NCBI GenBank assembly: GCA_907165135.1
Contig: OU015567.1
Coordinates: forward strand, 6,448,001-6,512,000
DNA from: Oikopleura dioica
Taxonomy: Eukaryota; Animalia; Chordata
Direction of reading: 5' to 3'
Length of the DNA: 64,000 nt
The first letter of the stretch is position 1. Each line of letters begins with the position of its first letter. Below, in pieces: positions 1-12,766 of this stretch. The notes below the pieces were generated by a model. That model saw only the letters and a program-made list of their open reading frames with translations, was not told the origin of the DNA and searched no databases. The position numbers and the translations under genes are program-made.

Positions 1-591
1 TCGATCGTAACGTAACCATGGTGCAGTTACATTCACTTGTTTGCTCTAAAGAATTCTTTTAACTCCTTGTTTGGTGGAATAAATTTACATATAATATTTA
101 GTGAAATAGAAAGAAATAAAGTAGTTTTACGATAATATAAAGTTTTATGAATTTTCACTTTGGTTTAGTTCTACTATTTTTTTCTCTGAACTTTCATCAG
201 GGGTGAAATTGCTGAAGATATCTTAATTTTAAACATGGAAAACGGTATTCATTTAAAATTATCAAAACTGTCAGTTGCTTATCTGTGACAAAAAAGTAGT
301 GAAAAATAACGAAGGAACATAAAAAAACAGGTGATTGGAGGATATCTTGAGGCAGTGAAACAAAACAAAACTACAACGTGTAAGAACCGTGGGTGAAAGA
401 AATCATGGTCACAAAAAATATCAAAAAATATGAAAAGGGGAACAGAGGGGCAGTTCAAAGTGATCTAATTAACGAAATAGAAGAAACTGCACATCAAAAA
501 TATCCTTTTTCATGATCTGGAGCGTCAGGAATTTCACTTTGGCAAGTGTTTTCTTCGACCTAAAAACTTTAGTAAGGGGCTGAATACAGTA

Positions 592-3500
592 CTATTGGCA
601 ATAGTCTATTGCATTTACCTGGTAATCCAGGTCGAGATCGAGCTCTTCTCTGTCAGAACCCGGCGAGCAGTTGTTGATCGATCCGTCAGGAGAGCATGAT
701 CTGATGTTAATTGACCCGCCAACTCTTCTGATCGGCGAACCGACGGGAGAAACTCTCGGTGGGTTCGCTGGCTCAACGTCCGGTACTTGCATCCACAACT
801 CCTCTGTCGAATCCATCGTCTGTATTTGACAGCTTTGCATTCCCGGCTCTTCAGTATCGAAAATTACATTTGGAGCTTCATGATGAAGGGCTTCTGGAGC
901 GTTCGAAATAACTGTATCGAGGAGTGTTTTCTCCGCTCCAGCTGCGTTTTCCCTTTTTCAAACCAATTAGATTTCAATAAGAAAAGATGGTTTTATATTA
1001 AGAATAACCTGATTCAATATAATTGTGAATAAAAGACCATCAAACCTCCTGTAGAAAAGAATGTAGACATCCTTTGCATCCCTCGCTGTCGGCCGTTTTA
1101 CACTAACATCTTGGTCATCGTAATAATTCCACTTTCCGTCGAACGGATTCTTCGCATAGGCAGTGTAATGCCCGACATTGGTTGTTCCAAAGTGCTAAAT
1201 GCTTTATTAGGAGTTAAATTTATTTTGAATCTTTACCTGAATCGAGCCAATCAAATTATACTTTCCCGATTTTTCTCCGTCAGCTGTTTCTAGCGCGCTC
1301 ACATCCAGTCCAATCCGATCGAAGAGCACCTCAGTGTCGATTTTCTTCGATATTGCGTTTTCAAAGACGAAGCGCTTTAGGTAGATTATCAATGTGTCAG
1401 GAAACCTCTGCACCGTCATCGTCTAAAGACAAAAACCATGATCAAGGAGAGAGCGGAAAGAAATCATACCTTTGTCGCGCTTGTGTTTTTCTGACATTTC
1501 TGACAGTAAACGCAATTTTCGCCCATTTCTTCAGGTGTTGTAAACTCTTTCAGGCATTTTTCTAGCGAAGGTCTTTTTGATTTGTCGAAGAGGTTATTGT
1601 AGCTCTCGCTGTTTTCCCAAGTGACGTTGCTGATTTCTGATTTCGTTACAATTTTGAAATGGTCGTTGCTTAATTTGAATAAGTTCAAAGGAATTGTTAA
1701 ATTGTCCTACGATTTGAGCTGGATATCGAAGTCAGGAGGTACGATACATCCTTGACAAGTGGAGCCGCATTTTGAACAGTATTCGCCGTTTATATTCGAG
1801 TAGTGAATGTCGAATTCCGGCATTTGTTCGGAAAATTGAAGCATGTACATCGTCACGTAATTATACAGCTTTGATGAATTGGCTGAACAGCTGATGAGCG
1901 CCGTTATCATGAATTTTGTCTTACTTTTTTTGCTTATTCGAATAGAAAAGGGGACAGAAACAGATCGCAGCTTGTCGTCAAGATCCTCGCTTTCTATTTT
2001 TAATTTGAGAGAGACGATCGACACTTGCTCTTCGAGAATTGCCGGTAAAGCTGGAGCAACTGGGATATTAACTTTTGAGTCTATTTCGACATCGTCGTAT
2101 TTTTCGATCTTTTCCTTGCACTTCATGCACTCGGTTGAATCCGCAAACGATTCAGCACAGCATGCGCAAATCATCACGCCACACGAGTACGGGCATGTCT
2201 TCATCTCTCCAACTACAGTTTCGCCCAGGCAAATGTTACAGTCGATTTTATCCTCTCCACTTGTCTCTTTCACCTCTGGCTCGTTTCGCAAGTCGACTGA
2301 CTCCATCAGGATGAGTTCAGAGTTCTCACGCGTCGGGAGCATATACATTGGGTCGGATATATTTATCTGCTTTCTAATTTGACCATCGCTCAATTCGAAG
2401 AGATCCATATTTGTCACTTTTCTGTTGCTTTTCTGAAATTTCCATTTTCATTTTTGACTCTCTAAAAGGTAGGGCTGCTCGTCTGATAGCTTGTTATTCG
2501 CCGACACACAAAGTCACGGCTTCTGATTGGCCTACAACCTGGGCAACCTATATTCACGGGTCTACGGTCTTTGATTGGCTCAGAGCCATAATAACAGCTT
2601 CTGATTGGCCCAGAAACCAGCGCAATTATATTCGGAATATCTTACCTCTAAAAGTTCTTTGGTGGCGTCCGTAATTAACGAGATTTTATCAGTAGTTTTT
2701 TTGGATACTTCCACGGCAAGTTTGGTGAAATACGATTCTGTATGACAAGCATATTTGATAGCAAGCGTCTTTTTCTCAGGATTAGGAACTGGAACAATTA
2801 AATACATGAAGTTTTCGTAAGTAGTCGATCTAAAACACAAAATCAAAAAGGAAGATTCTCCAACTTGATGATTTTTACCTATTGTTACACATTTTACAGC
2901 AAAGTTCAGAAGCAAATTGACCTTGGAAGTTTTTCGAAACGGGCGATAAATTCTCTGCCATATACTTGTCCCATAGTTTCTTTGGATCGTCGGAGACAAT
3001 TGTACATTCCGAAGTAAGCCGCGGCCTTTTCGCTGGCTGACTTGGTGTACTGCTTGTTGTGCTTCCAGAGGTACTGGCTTGGCTTGTCGAAGGCGAGCCT
3101 AGCTGGTGTTTTGGCGAGTCGGAGAGGGATACTTTGTGGAAGGCGTTGTTGATCGGACTCGCTGGATTAGGAGGAGAGTCCGCTTGACTGGAGCCACTTG
3201 ATTGACGCTTGCGAGTTTTTGACTCAACTGATTGTGTTGCGCCTGCGTCAGAAAACGGGGAGCTTTGAGGAAATTATATGAAAAGACACACACAACACTT
3301 CAAAGATTTACTTTTGATGGTTGGTATCACTGCCAGCCGAAAGGAAAGCAGAGTCTGAAGAGCCATCGTTTGAAATCGCCCTAACAATGTTTTGGTGCTC
3401 TGAAGACTGAGAAAGGTCGTTTGCGGGCTTTGTTGCTTCCACGATTTCCTCATGCATTTTGTCTAAACGATCATGAATAGAAACTACAGTAAAATTTTCG

Positions 3501-4216
3501 GTAAAACATTTTGTTACTTACCTAACATTACGGCTAAAAATTCTTGTCCGTCCTGCTGAAAGAGCCCGGCAAACTGGCTGCATTCGACGTCAAGTCTGCT
3601 TTTGAAGTCATGTGGAGCGATCCAACTCGATTTCGATGTCCAGTACTGATTAAAAAGCTTCCTGATCTCCGGGCTAAATTAGAATTTTACTAAATTGCTA
3701 TTTTGAGGAATTAATCACTTACGTAAGGGCGGTGTCTTTGAATCCTTTGCCATTTTCATTTCTGGACGCATTTTCGAAGTCGGCGAAGAAGTTGAAAAAG
3801 GTCGGCTCGTGAAGAAGACATTGCAGAGCCTAAATGACCCGTTGAGATATAAGAAATCAGAGAAGCTAACTTACAGAATTCATGTAGCAGGTGTTGCCGA
3901 TGTTTTTCAACCCAATACAGCCAGTTTCTGGCGTATCGAAAATATTCCTGTTTGGGGATAAATTCGGACTTGACATCCGCCTCGGTCCTTCGATGGGCAT
4001 TGTCGGACCGATAATTTCAGTGTTGGACGCAAAGCTCACGCCGCCGCGTCGTTTCGTCGGAGCTGTGACTGGAGAGGATTCTTGAGAAACAGGTTGAACG
4101 GAAGGAACAACAGAATCGTCACTAAGGAGCTCAGCATGATGCTGAGACGGGACGAATCTGACTTCACTATGAGACGTGTCACCGCCAGGCAATTTTCCAT
4201 CGCCAGCACCGTCCAT
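592..4216 (-). CDS. Ubiquitin-specific protease (peptidase C19; USP4/11/15/32-like), multi-exon
   Basis: Cys box GLKNIGNTCYMNS|ALQCL; QQDGQEFL; zinc ribbon CKMC...CQKC; LIIYLKRF; His box VLNHFGTTNVGHYTAYAK...YYDD...YILFY. Exons join through short GT-AG introns. ATG 4216 follows an AG acceptor. Confidence 0.85.
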
Positions 4217-4455
4217 CTTTTAATGTGGCATTCTTCAATTACCGAAGTTTGGACAAATAAAAACAACAAGGACAATAAATAAACGAATAAGAAATAGAAT
4301 CATTGAATCAGTTTATTGGAACGGAGTTTAATCTTCAAGGTTTTTCAGTTCAAGTTTCAGTGGTTAGTTCTTTTTATACAGAAATATATTTACACCTTTG
4401 TCTGTTAAGAAACATAACTTTGAATATTTTAAAAGTCTACTTTTCCAGGGATTTT

Positions 4456-6181
4456 CTAAGCCTTTGTTCGCTCGAAGGCTTTATTCCACTCTACCATTCG
4501 TTCGTCTTTTGTCCCATGAATCAGGTCTGTTACTTTTTCACCTCCCCACTGAATTACAGTTAAAAAAGGCAAAGGGATAAAAATCCAAACCTTGGTTGAG
4601 CGCAAATATAACTTGTAAAAGAACATCGCCCACATTTCTTTCTGATAGTCAAAATACAACTTCCACGAGGGTCGATCTAGCCTTTCAACGGCATACATCA
4701 TCCTTAGACAATACTCAGACATGTGCACGAATGAACTTGCACCCGGACGACAACCGAGAGTCGTTTCCAAACCACGAAGAAGATCATTCGTTTTCAAAAC
4801 AAGGATCATCTGCTTTGGGATGTTTTCGAGAACCTCTGACATTTCAGGGATCCACATGCTTATCTCAGCTTGAATAAGCTCGTCTTCCGTTTTCGTGATA
4901 CTTTCAGTATTTTTCAATCCCTGTTTAACACTCTGCCAGGATCGCCCACTGACCATCGCCGCCAAAAGAGGGAACATTGACTCGACATTCAAGGCGGCAG
5001 AAGCCTTCCTCAAGCTTTTTTGATCACCACGAATCATCGATCGCCAGAGCATCGAATAGTTGTATTGGAAGTCTTGGCTGATCGTTTCGTAGAGCCCGTG
5101 ATCGAGAAGAGTGATCTCGGGCTGACCATCCTTTCCTTTGTTGACTAGGACGTTTCCCGGGTGTGGGTCACTGAAAAAGAAATCGTAAGAGAAGATAATA
5201 AAAAGTGCGTCATACCAATGGATAAATCCATGATTAAAAATCATTTCTGAATACATTTCTGTGACGCGTTCCACAGTCTTCTCAACATCTATTTTCCGCT
5301 GCCTTAGCTCCTCCTTGTTGTTGACCATTGTTCCTGGAAGATACTCCATGACGAGTAAACGACTCGTACAGTAATTATGTAAATTCTTTGGGATTTTAAG
5401 CCAGGGAATATTTTTCATAAGCTGTCGACATCTGTCTGCATTGGAGACTTCTTGAAGGAAGTCAAGTTCGCGCGGTAGATTTTGACGAGTGGTTCTGGCG
5501 AGCCAGCCGAGCTTGAACTCTGGAAAGAGTCGTGCACATTGCATGACTCCCAGTTCCATGAGCATGAGATCTAAATGAGCAGAATGCTGGACAGCTGCGT
5601 GCTGCACTTTCACCGCAACAACTTCGCCAGTTTCTTTTAGCTTGGCTTTGTGACACTGAGCAAGAGAAGCGGCTCCGAGAGGATTCCAATCCCAATCATC
5701 AAACACTTCTTCGAGTTCTTTTCCTAATTCTGCTCGAACAACGCTACGAATTTCTGCTTCTGTCGATCTTGGGGCATCCGCATGCAGCGTCTTGAATCTG
5801 TCAACATACTGTATTGGGAGTAGATATTCCATGGCGCCGATGTGCTGGCCAACTTTGATGTAGGTTCCGCGATTGGCGCAACACATTTCGTAAAGAAGTT
5901 GAGCCGTACGCACGTGGAAGTCCGGCATACCCTCCTTGTATGCCTCTTCAGACAGCTTCTTCATTCCGTTGAAGTCCTTAACGATCTTCAAAACTGTCAC
6001 ACCCAGCCGACCGGAGCGAACTGCCATCTCTGGATAATCTGAAATGATTGCAGTTAAAACTGATTTGGAGACATAGAAGAGAACCTAAAGGGGTGAGTCC
6101 CCATTTTCCATAAGCATAGCTCGCACCGCAAGCGCCCGATATAGCGAAAGCCTTTGCCAGATTGCGCCTTGTTCGCAGCAT
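4456..6181 (-). CDS. ADCK1: aarF/ABC1 atypical kinase ADCK1
   Basis: GTYIKVGQH, AASLAQCHKA, VAVKVQH, FIH(C)DPHPGN, LDHGL. ORF 4456..6027 reads through two in-frame introns (about 45 and 42 nt). The first exon is MLRTRRN...TPL. Confidence 0.9.
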
Positions 6182-6357
6182 TCTAGAGTCGGAAAAAATT
6201 GAAGAAAGAGATACTTTGAAATTTCATATTTAGATAAATGAGGCTGATAATTGAAGAAAATGTGTGTTTAACTAAAGCGTCAGTGTTTCTTTGATAAGTC
6301 TTGGCTAAGTCGGCGTGCTCGTAGTTTCTGTGCAACTTTTACTGTCTGTTGGATCTG

Positions 6358-7555
6358 CTAGGAAGAATAGGAGGAGCTTGAAGAGTGCTTTCTTCTACGC
6401 TTCTTTTTCTTGGACTTCTTGGAATGCTTCTTTGGCGGCGGCGGAGTAGGAGTCCTCGAAAAAGAGCTGGAACTAGAAGATCGATGCCGCTTTCTTCGAA
6501 CAGAGTTTGAACGAGAATGGGATCTGGAATATTTTCGGGAGCGTTTTTTTCTCCGAGGAGAAGGAGAGCGCGATCGAGAAGATGAGGAAACGTGTTTTCG
6601 ACTGCGCTTTCTACTTTTTCGTCGTCGTTTCTTTTCGCGAAAGTTTCTCGGCGATGGAGATCGAGAACTAAAAGAGCTGGAGCTTGGAGATCGCGAGTAT
6701 TTTCGACGACGGCGGGAACGGGAAGGAGAGCGCGAGTAGGAAGAGCGAGAACGAGAGGAAGAGCGGGAATAGGATCGTCTGTAAGAGCGAGATCTGGATC
6801 GTGAATAACTACGCTAGAAAAAAAAAAGAGAGGAATGATGAGTTTAAAATGTCGTTGCTTACTCTTCGTTTCGGACGAGAGTCAATTCGAATGTTTCTGT
6901 CCTGTTTTTTCTTGTCATTTGGGTCTGGTGGCAAGCGGTCATCTATTCTGATTCTTGTGACGTATTTTGTTTGGTACTTTTTGGTCGCTTCCAGCTCCTA
7001 AAAAAATGTTGGCACATGTGTGTCTATGGATTTTTCGTACCGCTGCAACTTTGAGAAAATGCATGGTTCCTTTTACATTTGCTTTATTTGCTTGTTCTAT
7101 TTTATTTCTTTCTTCGCGGACACATGTGATCTGTTCTTTTAGTCTTTTCAGTTCTTTATTTTTAGTCATCTCGAGAGGGGCTAAAATAATTAAAAAAATG
7201 TATTCGAGGGTAATTCTTACTTTTCTTTTCACCAGTTGAGTAATAAACTTGCACTTTTCTACCAAATAATATTTTGCCATGGACAGTTTCTCTTGCATCA
7301 ATCGCGCTTTGGACATCCTTGAAGCTAAATGTTACGTAAGAATTATGAAATCAAGGAAGACTCCTTCGATTCTTACTCGATGTATGCAAATCCACGAGGC
7401 TCCCGCGTCTGAAAATCGACTGGAATTCTTACATTAAGAATCTCGCCGAATTCTTTAAACTCTTCCTTGATTTCATCTGGGCGAATTTCTGGACATAGGG
7501 GTCGCAAACAGACCGAAGGATGGGGCTCGCGCTTTTGAACCCCATCTTTTCCCAT
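6358..7555 (-). CDS. SR-family splicing factor (RRM + RS domain; SRSF10/12-like)
   Basis: RRM with RNP1-like PRGFAYI and GEKKTPLEM. The last exon is an RS-rich tail (RSYSRSRSRS...) ending TAG at 6358. Confidence 0.8.
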
Positions 7556-7745
7556 TGTCTAGAATTGGGAAGAGGATCAGAAAGGGTTTTGTATATTGAA
7601 CTGTAGGACACGGCAAACGCAAAGAAAAAAGAGAAGTTTGAAGAAAAGAGGATACAGTTACACTTTTGTATCAAGATTGGAAAACTCTAAAACTCGAATC
7701 GAAAATGAAAATAAATAAATAAATTAAAGTCAACAGTCGTTGTGA

Positions 7746-9244
7746 TTATGAAAGTGCACCAGCTTGGATGATCATGCGCGTGCCAATGAAATCGGCCACT
7801 TGCTCGTTGACATCGCGCTGCATTTCGAACGCCATCCTGTAGATCTCCGTGCTCGACGAGTTGTACATCATCGCGTTTTGGAAGAGTTGAAGAAGTTCGC
7901 GATGCAGCGTGGGACCGTCTTTGATCAAGCCAGTTTCGATTTTACGACGGATTTGCATCAAGTCCGTCGAGTTCTGAATCAATGACAGTAATTTAAGACT
8001 CTTACTGTCAGTAGAAAACTCACTTTTATACAAATGGAGTAGGACTTGGCTTTCGAGTCTTTCACGGGATTCTTGAAGACTGAAAAGGACGTTCATCACT
8101 TCTGTTAACTAGCAATAACAGTACCTGAAGCATACTTGTGCTCAGCGATTTGTTTCCATAACAACATAGCAGACTTTTTCCAAGCCGGATCCACTGGCTG
8201 AGGCTCCAAATCCGGGCAGATCAAGAACATTTTTCTTTCACAAAAAATTACATGATCTTTTTCAAAGCGTGGATTTGCCCGTGCCTTCGGAAGAAAGAGT
8301 TTGTTGTTGTTGCTGCCCAACTACTGTCGATGTTGTGCTACTACTGGCGGGCATGGTAAAGAACATTTGACTTGTGGAACTGTTTGGAACGGTCTCGATT
8401 TTGGCGTTTTGACCATCGACGCCGGAAGTGGTGATTGGGATGAGTTGCAGGCCTTGAATGTTTTGCGCCCCGTTGACTAGTTGTATTACATTCGACTGCG
8501 TTGGAGTTTTCAAGGTTCACATATTGGAATACAAAATGAAAAGAAAACCCGTGGCTGAGCAATTCGATGCTTTCCTTTCTGCGCTTGGCCAGATGTGACT
8601 CGTACATTTTGAGGAACAACGATTTGATTGGGGTGTCCGGCGTATTGCAATTGAACTAATTGAGAAGCAGGCTGGGAGAGAGCAGCGGATTGACCCTGAT
8701 AAACGATCGAAACATTTGCTTGCTCGATTTTTGGTTTTATGAGCTGTTTTGCTCCGTAGATTTGATCTTTTAGTTGATTCATTCCATCTTCGTCCAGTTT
8801 TTCTTGGTCTAAAAAAGCTTCGCTTTATTGGTCAGACTATAGAGTGTACCTAAGAGTCTGAGAAGAGATTTAAGCCGATCAAGCTTCGCTTGTTTTTCTT
8901 TTATCGACGTTTTATGCTCTTGAATTCGTTTTTCTGAAGAAATTTGGAATGACAAAGTTTCATGTAATAGATCTTACCTTTATAAAATTCTGCCAATTGA
9001 GGGATGGACTCATTTTTCTGCTTTAGATCGTTCATCCGACGCTAGAAAATGAATAAATCATCAAAAATAAATGACTAACCTTGCAATTGTTTGGGCTGAA
9101 AAACGACTGTGGCCGGTTTTGCTCGGCAAATGGCGACAACAGTTCTTGGCATTTGAGAAAACCGGGATCGTAAGGAGCTTGCTGAGCATAGTTTATCAGC
9201 GCTAGAGTTTCTCTAGTCGTCCATTGCGAATGATCTACTGTCAT
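7746..9244 (-). CDS. BRD8: Bromodomain-containing protein 8 (NuA4/TIP60 subunit)
   Basis: N-terminus WTTRETLAL...PFAEQNRPQSFFS. C-terminal bromodomain WKKSAMLLWKQIAEHKYASVF...LFQNAMMYNSSSTEIYRMAFEMQRDVNEQ matches the BRD8 pattern. Confidence 0.85.
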
Positions 9245-9440
9245 TCTATTCTGAAGAATAAATGAAATAGGACGGTTGTCTGAAATAAGTGCTGATAAAG
9301 CAAAAGTTGAATTGGCAGTTATATGGAAAAATAACGGAAATGTTGAGGGCAGAACATTTAAACAATCAAGGCGTAATTTTATAATTTCAGCCTTCTTTAC
9401 GGACAATTTTCTTGCAAAGAAAGAAAAGCAAGAAGAGGAC

Positions 9441-10847
9441 TTAGTATTGAATCTGGCGACGGCGGCGGCGCGTGATACGGTCTTGATCCTTGATCTTTTT
9501 CTCCATTTCTTCGTTCGTCAGCGTCTCGATCGATGGACACCACGATTCGACGCCGTCCGGTGCTCTTAGCGGCTGTTTGATTGTAGCAGGAGGCGTTTCC
9601 ATGAAATACAGGGTTTTGTAATGCCAACTTAGTTGCCCGCGGATTGTGTACGCGATCGCAGTAATAAATTCTCCACCTTCAAAAGGGAAGAATAATCCTA
9701 TTTCTTTTCTTGTTGAACTTAGTCTTACCTAGCCCTAAATCTTTACAAAGGGTTTCGGCGAATTTCTCCGGACTATTCTCTGGTTCTGACAAGTCCCACT
9801 CGATCTAGAAAAGGTCAGATGTGCACTGGAATCTCTTCGTTTACCTGGTCGTTGAGGGAGATATTGCCGACGTGAATATTTAGCTTGAGAGTAACTCTTT
9901 GATCTGCTGATCCTTCAATAACCTACGAAAAGCGAATAGATAGATCTACAGTGGAGAGATCTACCTGTGTTTTGGGATGATCCTCTAATTGACTTTCGAT
10001 AGACTGCGCAATCGGCGCTATAAAATGATGACCAGGAAGCTCCAAATCGTCACACAGAATCTTGGCAAACTCGGTCGGCGTCAGACACGACTCATTCTTA
10101 TTCCAGGTGAATGAATCTCGCAGTTTATGGCCTAAAAATGAAGAGTTCCTTCTTTACTTTTTCCCAACCTTCAATTTCCATATCAAGTCTAATCGGAACT
10201 AAAGAATCGTCGGTGTTCGCATTCTTCGCTAATTTCTCCTCGCTATGGTCGAGGAGCATCGGAAACGTTCTCGTTTTCTTGCGATTCTTGAGACAGACAC
10301 CGACAGGGGTCGAAACTGGAACAGCGTCCATGTGTTGTTGAGTTTGATTTTGTTGCGTTTCCACTGCTGCTGTTGTCGTTGCTGCTTCTAGGGATGGGTT
10401 AGGGAGGAAGAGAGGGGAGAAAAGGTTACTTTTTTCAACGCGTTTATTTTTTTTTTTGTCGACTTTTGGTTTGATGAATGGTTTTGGCACGGCGATGCTC
10501 TGCGTCGAGCAGCAAAACCTTTCTCCTCCCGTGGCAAAGAGCTCGTCGATTTCTTGCTGTAGGAGAATCTTAGCACCTATCCTCACATGCTTGTGATGCT
10601 TCTCGTTCGTTTGGCTCTTTAGTTACTAAATTGTCAAAGGGGTCTTAGATTTTGGACTTACAAAAAGACCAGCGACGTCGTTTTCGTCGAGCTTTCCGAC
10701 CGTCAACTTTGGAAACTTGTCGTAAAGCTTATTTCTGAACATGCGCAAATAGTTGCCAACATCGCTGCCGAGGTAGAAAAGCGCCGTGCCCTTCTGGAAC
10801 GGTTTGGGAGTTGGGCCCCAGAATTTCCATTTCGAGTCCGAACTCAT
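9441..10847 (-). CDS. SMARCB1: SWI/SNF core subunit SNF5/SMARCB1
   Basis: [12 protein letters not shown]; [25 protein letters not shown]; [41 protein letters not shown]; C-terminal [11 protein letters not shown]. Confidence 0.93.
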
Positions 10848-10952
10848 TCTACCAACAAAAAAATGTAAAAATATAGATGATCGTTTTATTAAAAAGTGGC
10901 AAAATGACTGTAATTTTCGTTGACAGTGTCAGACAGAAAATGGCGGAAATTT

Positions 10953-11292
10953 TCATCTGGACTTCTTCAAGTTCGGAGTCCAAGTAGGATCGGGATCGTT
11001 CTTGTTTTTCTCAAGATCGGCCTTTTCGGCTTTTCTAGCTTCGGCGTTTCGTTTCAACCGCGCTTTTCGATCCTTGTTCAGTTTCGCCAGCTCACCGATT
11101 GTTCTTCGTAGTTCGATCAGAGCATCCTGATTCCTAGACAGCTTTAAGCAATGTTTTTATAATTCCAATAATTATGAATTACGTGTTGACTTGAAGAACT
11201 TCTTGAATCCCCTTCGAAAACCGCTCGTCGCTCTTGACAAGTTCCATTTTCACCAAGTCAGGAATCACATTCTCCGCCTGATCCCAGTTCAT
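10953..11292 (-). CDS. Small (about 96 aa) two-exon protein of unknown function, helical/coiled-coil
   Basis: MNWDQAENVIPDLVKMELVK...QVNT|NQDALIELRRTIGELAKLNKDRKARLKR...DPDPTWTPNLKKSR*. One GT-AG intron keeps the frame. It is the first gene of the minus-strand cluster, with a CCAAT box near 11382. Confidence 0.55.
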
Positions 11293-12144
11293 TCTCCTCT
11301 GCTTGAAATTCAGAATCCGAAGCACGAACCATTTCTTTCTTTCTCGAGAAGGAAAAATCAGCTTCTCCGCGCGGCGCTCGGCCAATCAAATTCTCCATGT
11401 CCAAGCGCCATAAAATAGGAGCACCAAGGCGATAATTTGGCGGAGTGGATAAAATTGGCGAGGAATTTATGTAATTTTAGTGGAAATTGAAAATTGGCGA
11501 TACAATGATTGATGATTCTAAATAGAATCCAATTGGTAATTCAAGAGCTACTGTATCTTATATCAGATGATAAGGTTCGTATCTCAAGTTTCGAGAAAGC
11601 TACTGTAGCCATTACAGTACTTGACTACTGGTTTTCAATCCAATAACCACTTCTTTGTTGAGTCCTATTTACATGCATCCTGTTGCACTAGAATTACTCA
11701 AAAGATAAGTTGTTATTCCAGGCAAGTTCCACTTTACGGTTCAATTCCCACTGTCAGAAATTTAACAGTTGACTGAACACAAGATCGTTTTATCATGATT
11801 CCAATCTCAATTTTCATCTCTTTTCCTACCCGACAGGTTCTGACCTTCCTGACCTTCCTTGACCGACTGCGACGAAATCGACTAAATCGACAGGTGCGAT
11901 TTACAACAAGATTTCAAACTTAGTTTTTATGGAGTAGCTCGTCTGAGCGTCGTCGACGATGATTTTTATTTTGACAAGTGTCTTTTCGAAAATCTCGTAA
12001 ACCACCTTTTGCCAAATTGGCTCACAATGAAACGAGTTTTCGATGATTATGAAAAGTCTGCGTCGTTTATTTAGGACTAGTGAATGTTCTTTGTTGTGGC
12101 TTAGTTTTTTCATTGTAAAAATGAAAACTTTAATTGTTGCTCAC

Positions 12145-12386
12145 CAGGACTCGGCTCGGCAACCTGTGTAGAAAACCTGAGTCAGGTTCTGATGAGCTTG
12201 AATGAAAAGCCGCGTAGCGGCTTTTTTAAGAACGAAGCCGCAAAGCGGCTTCGCCAGTATTTCAGAGAAGATTGAAATGGTAATGCTCCACGGCTTCGTT
12301 TTTAAAAATAGCCGCTGCGCGGCTTTTCATCTAAACTTTTCAGAACTTGATTCAAGTTTTATACTCAGGTTGCTAGCCCCAGCCTG
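12145..12386. mobile_element. MITE, about 240 bp, degenerate ~40-bp terminal inverted repeats (TIRs) starting CAGG; three internal hairpins
   Basis: Left arm CAGGACTCGGCTCGGCAACCTGTGTAGAAAACCTGAGTCAGG versus reverse complement of the right arm CAGGCTGGGGCTAGCAACCTGAGTATAAAACTTGAATCAAG. A related copy lies at 16698-16803. No clear TSD. Confidence 0.6.
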
Positions 12387-12766
12387 AAAGACAGCATTGT
12401 GGCTGTTGAACATTGCGGCTGATTCAACATGACTAGCTGCGGTGCCGCGTTAACACCGATGAGCTGGTGCTGGTGTTGGTGGTGTAGTAGCTTGGTGGTG
12501 TTGAATAGTCGTGCCGCGGGGGGGATCTTCGCCGCGCGCGCTCTAGCTCAGTCAATTGGGCCCCCTCCGAAATTTGATAGTTTCCCACGTAGCGCGCTCA
12601 ACGCCGATTTTCAGTCGATCGCGCAGCGCTACAAAGAAAGAGAAAATCGAGAAAGCACCGAAATCCCATCCGCACGTTCCATTATTGACCTAGAGATCAT
12701 CCCAGAAAAGAAAAACGGAAATATCGAACGCCCAAGAGAGAAAAAGAAAGAGCGCACTGAATCATC

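Larger units (their letters stand above)
592..11292 (-). other. Probable six-gene operon A (smallORF-SMARCB1-BRD8-SR protein-ADCK1-USP)
   Basis: Co-oriented genes with stop-to-ATG gaps of about 105-240 nt. Each downstream ATG sits 0-6 nt after an AG acceptor, mostly pyrimidine-rich. SL trans-splicing is inferred. Confidence 0.7.

Noticed and set aside
11540-11620. U2 snRNA-like or MITE-like sequence
   Set aside because: Only short TTATCA/CTGATA and TACTGTA matches; no U2 5' end, Sm site or convincing TIR/TSD.
11901-12113. 70-aa ORF upstream of operon A
   Set aside because: AT-rich with no motif or supporting splice structure; likely a chance ORF.
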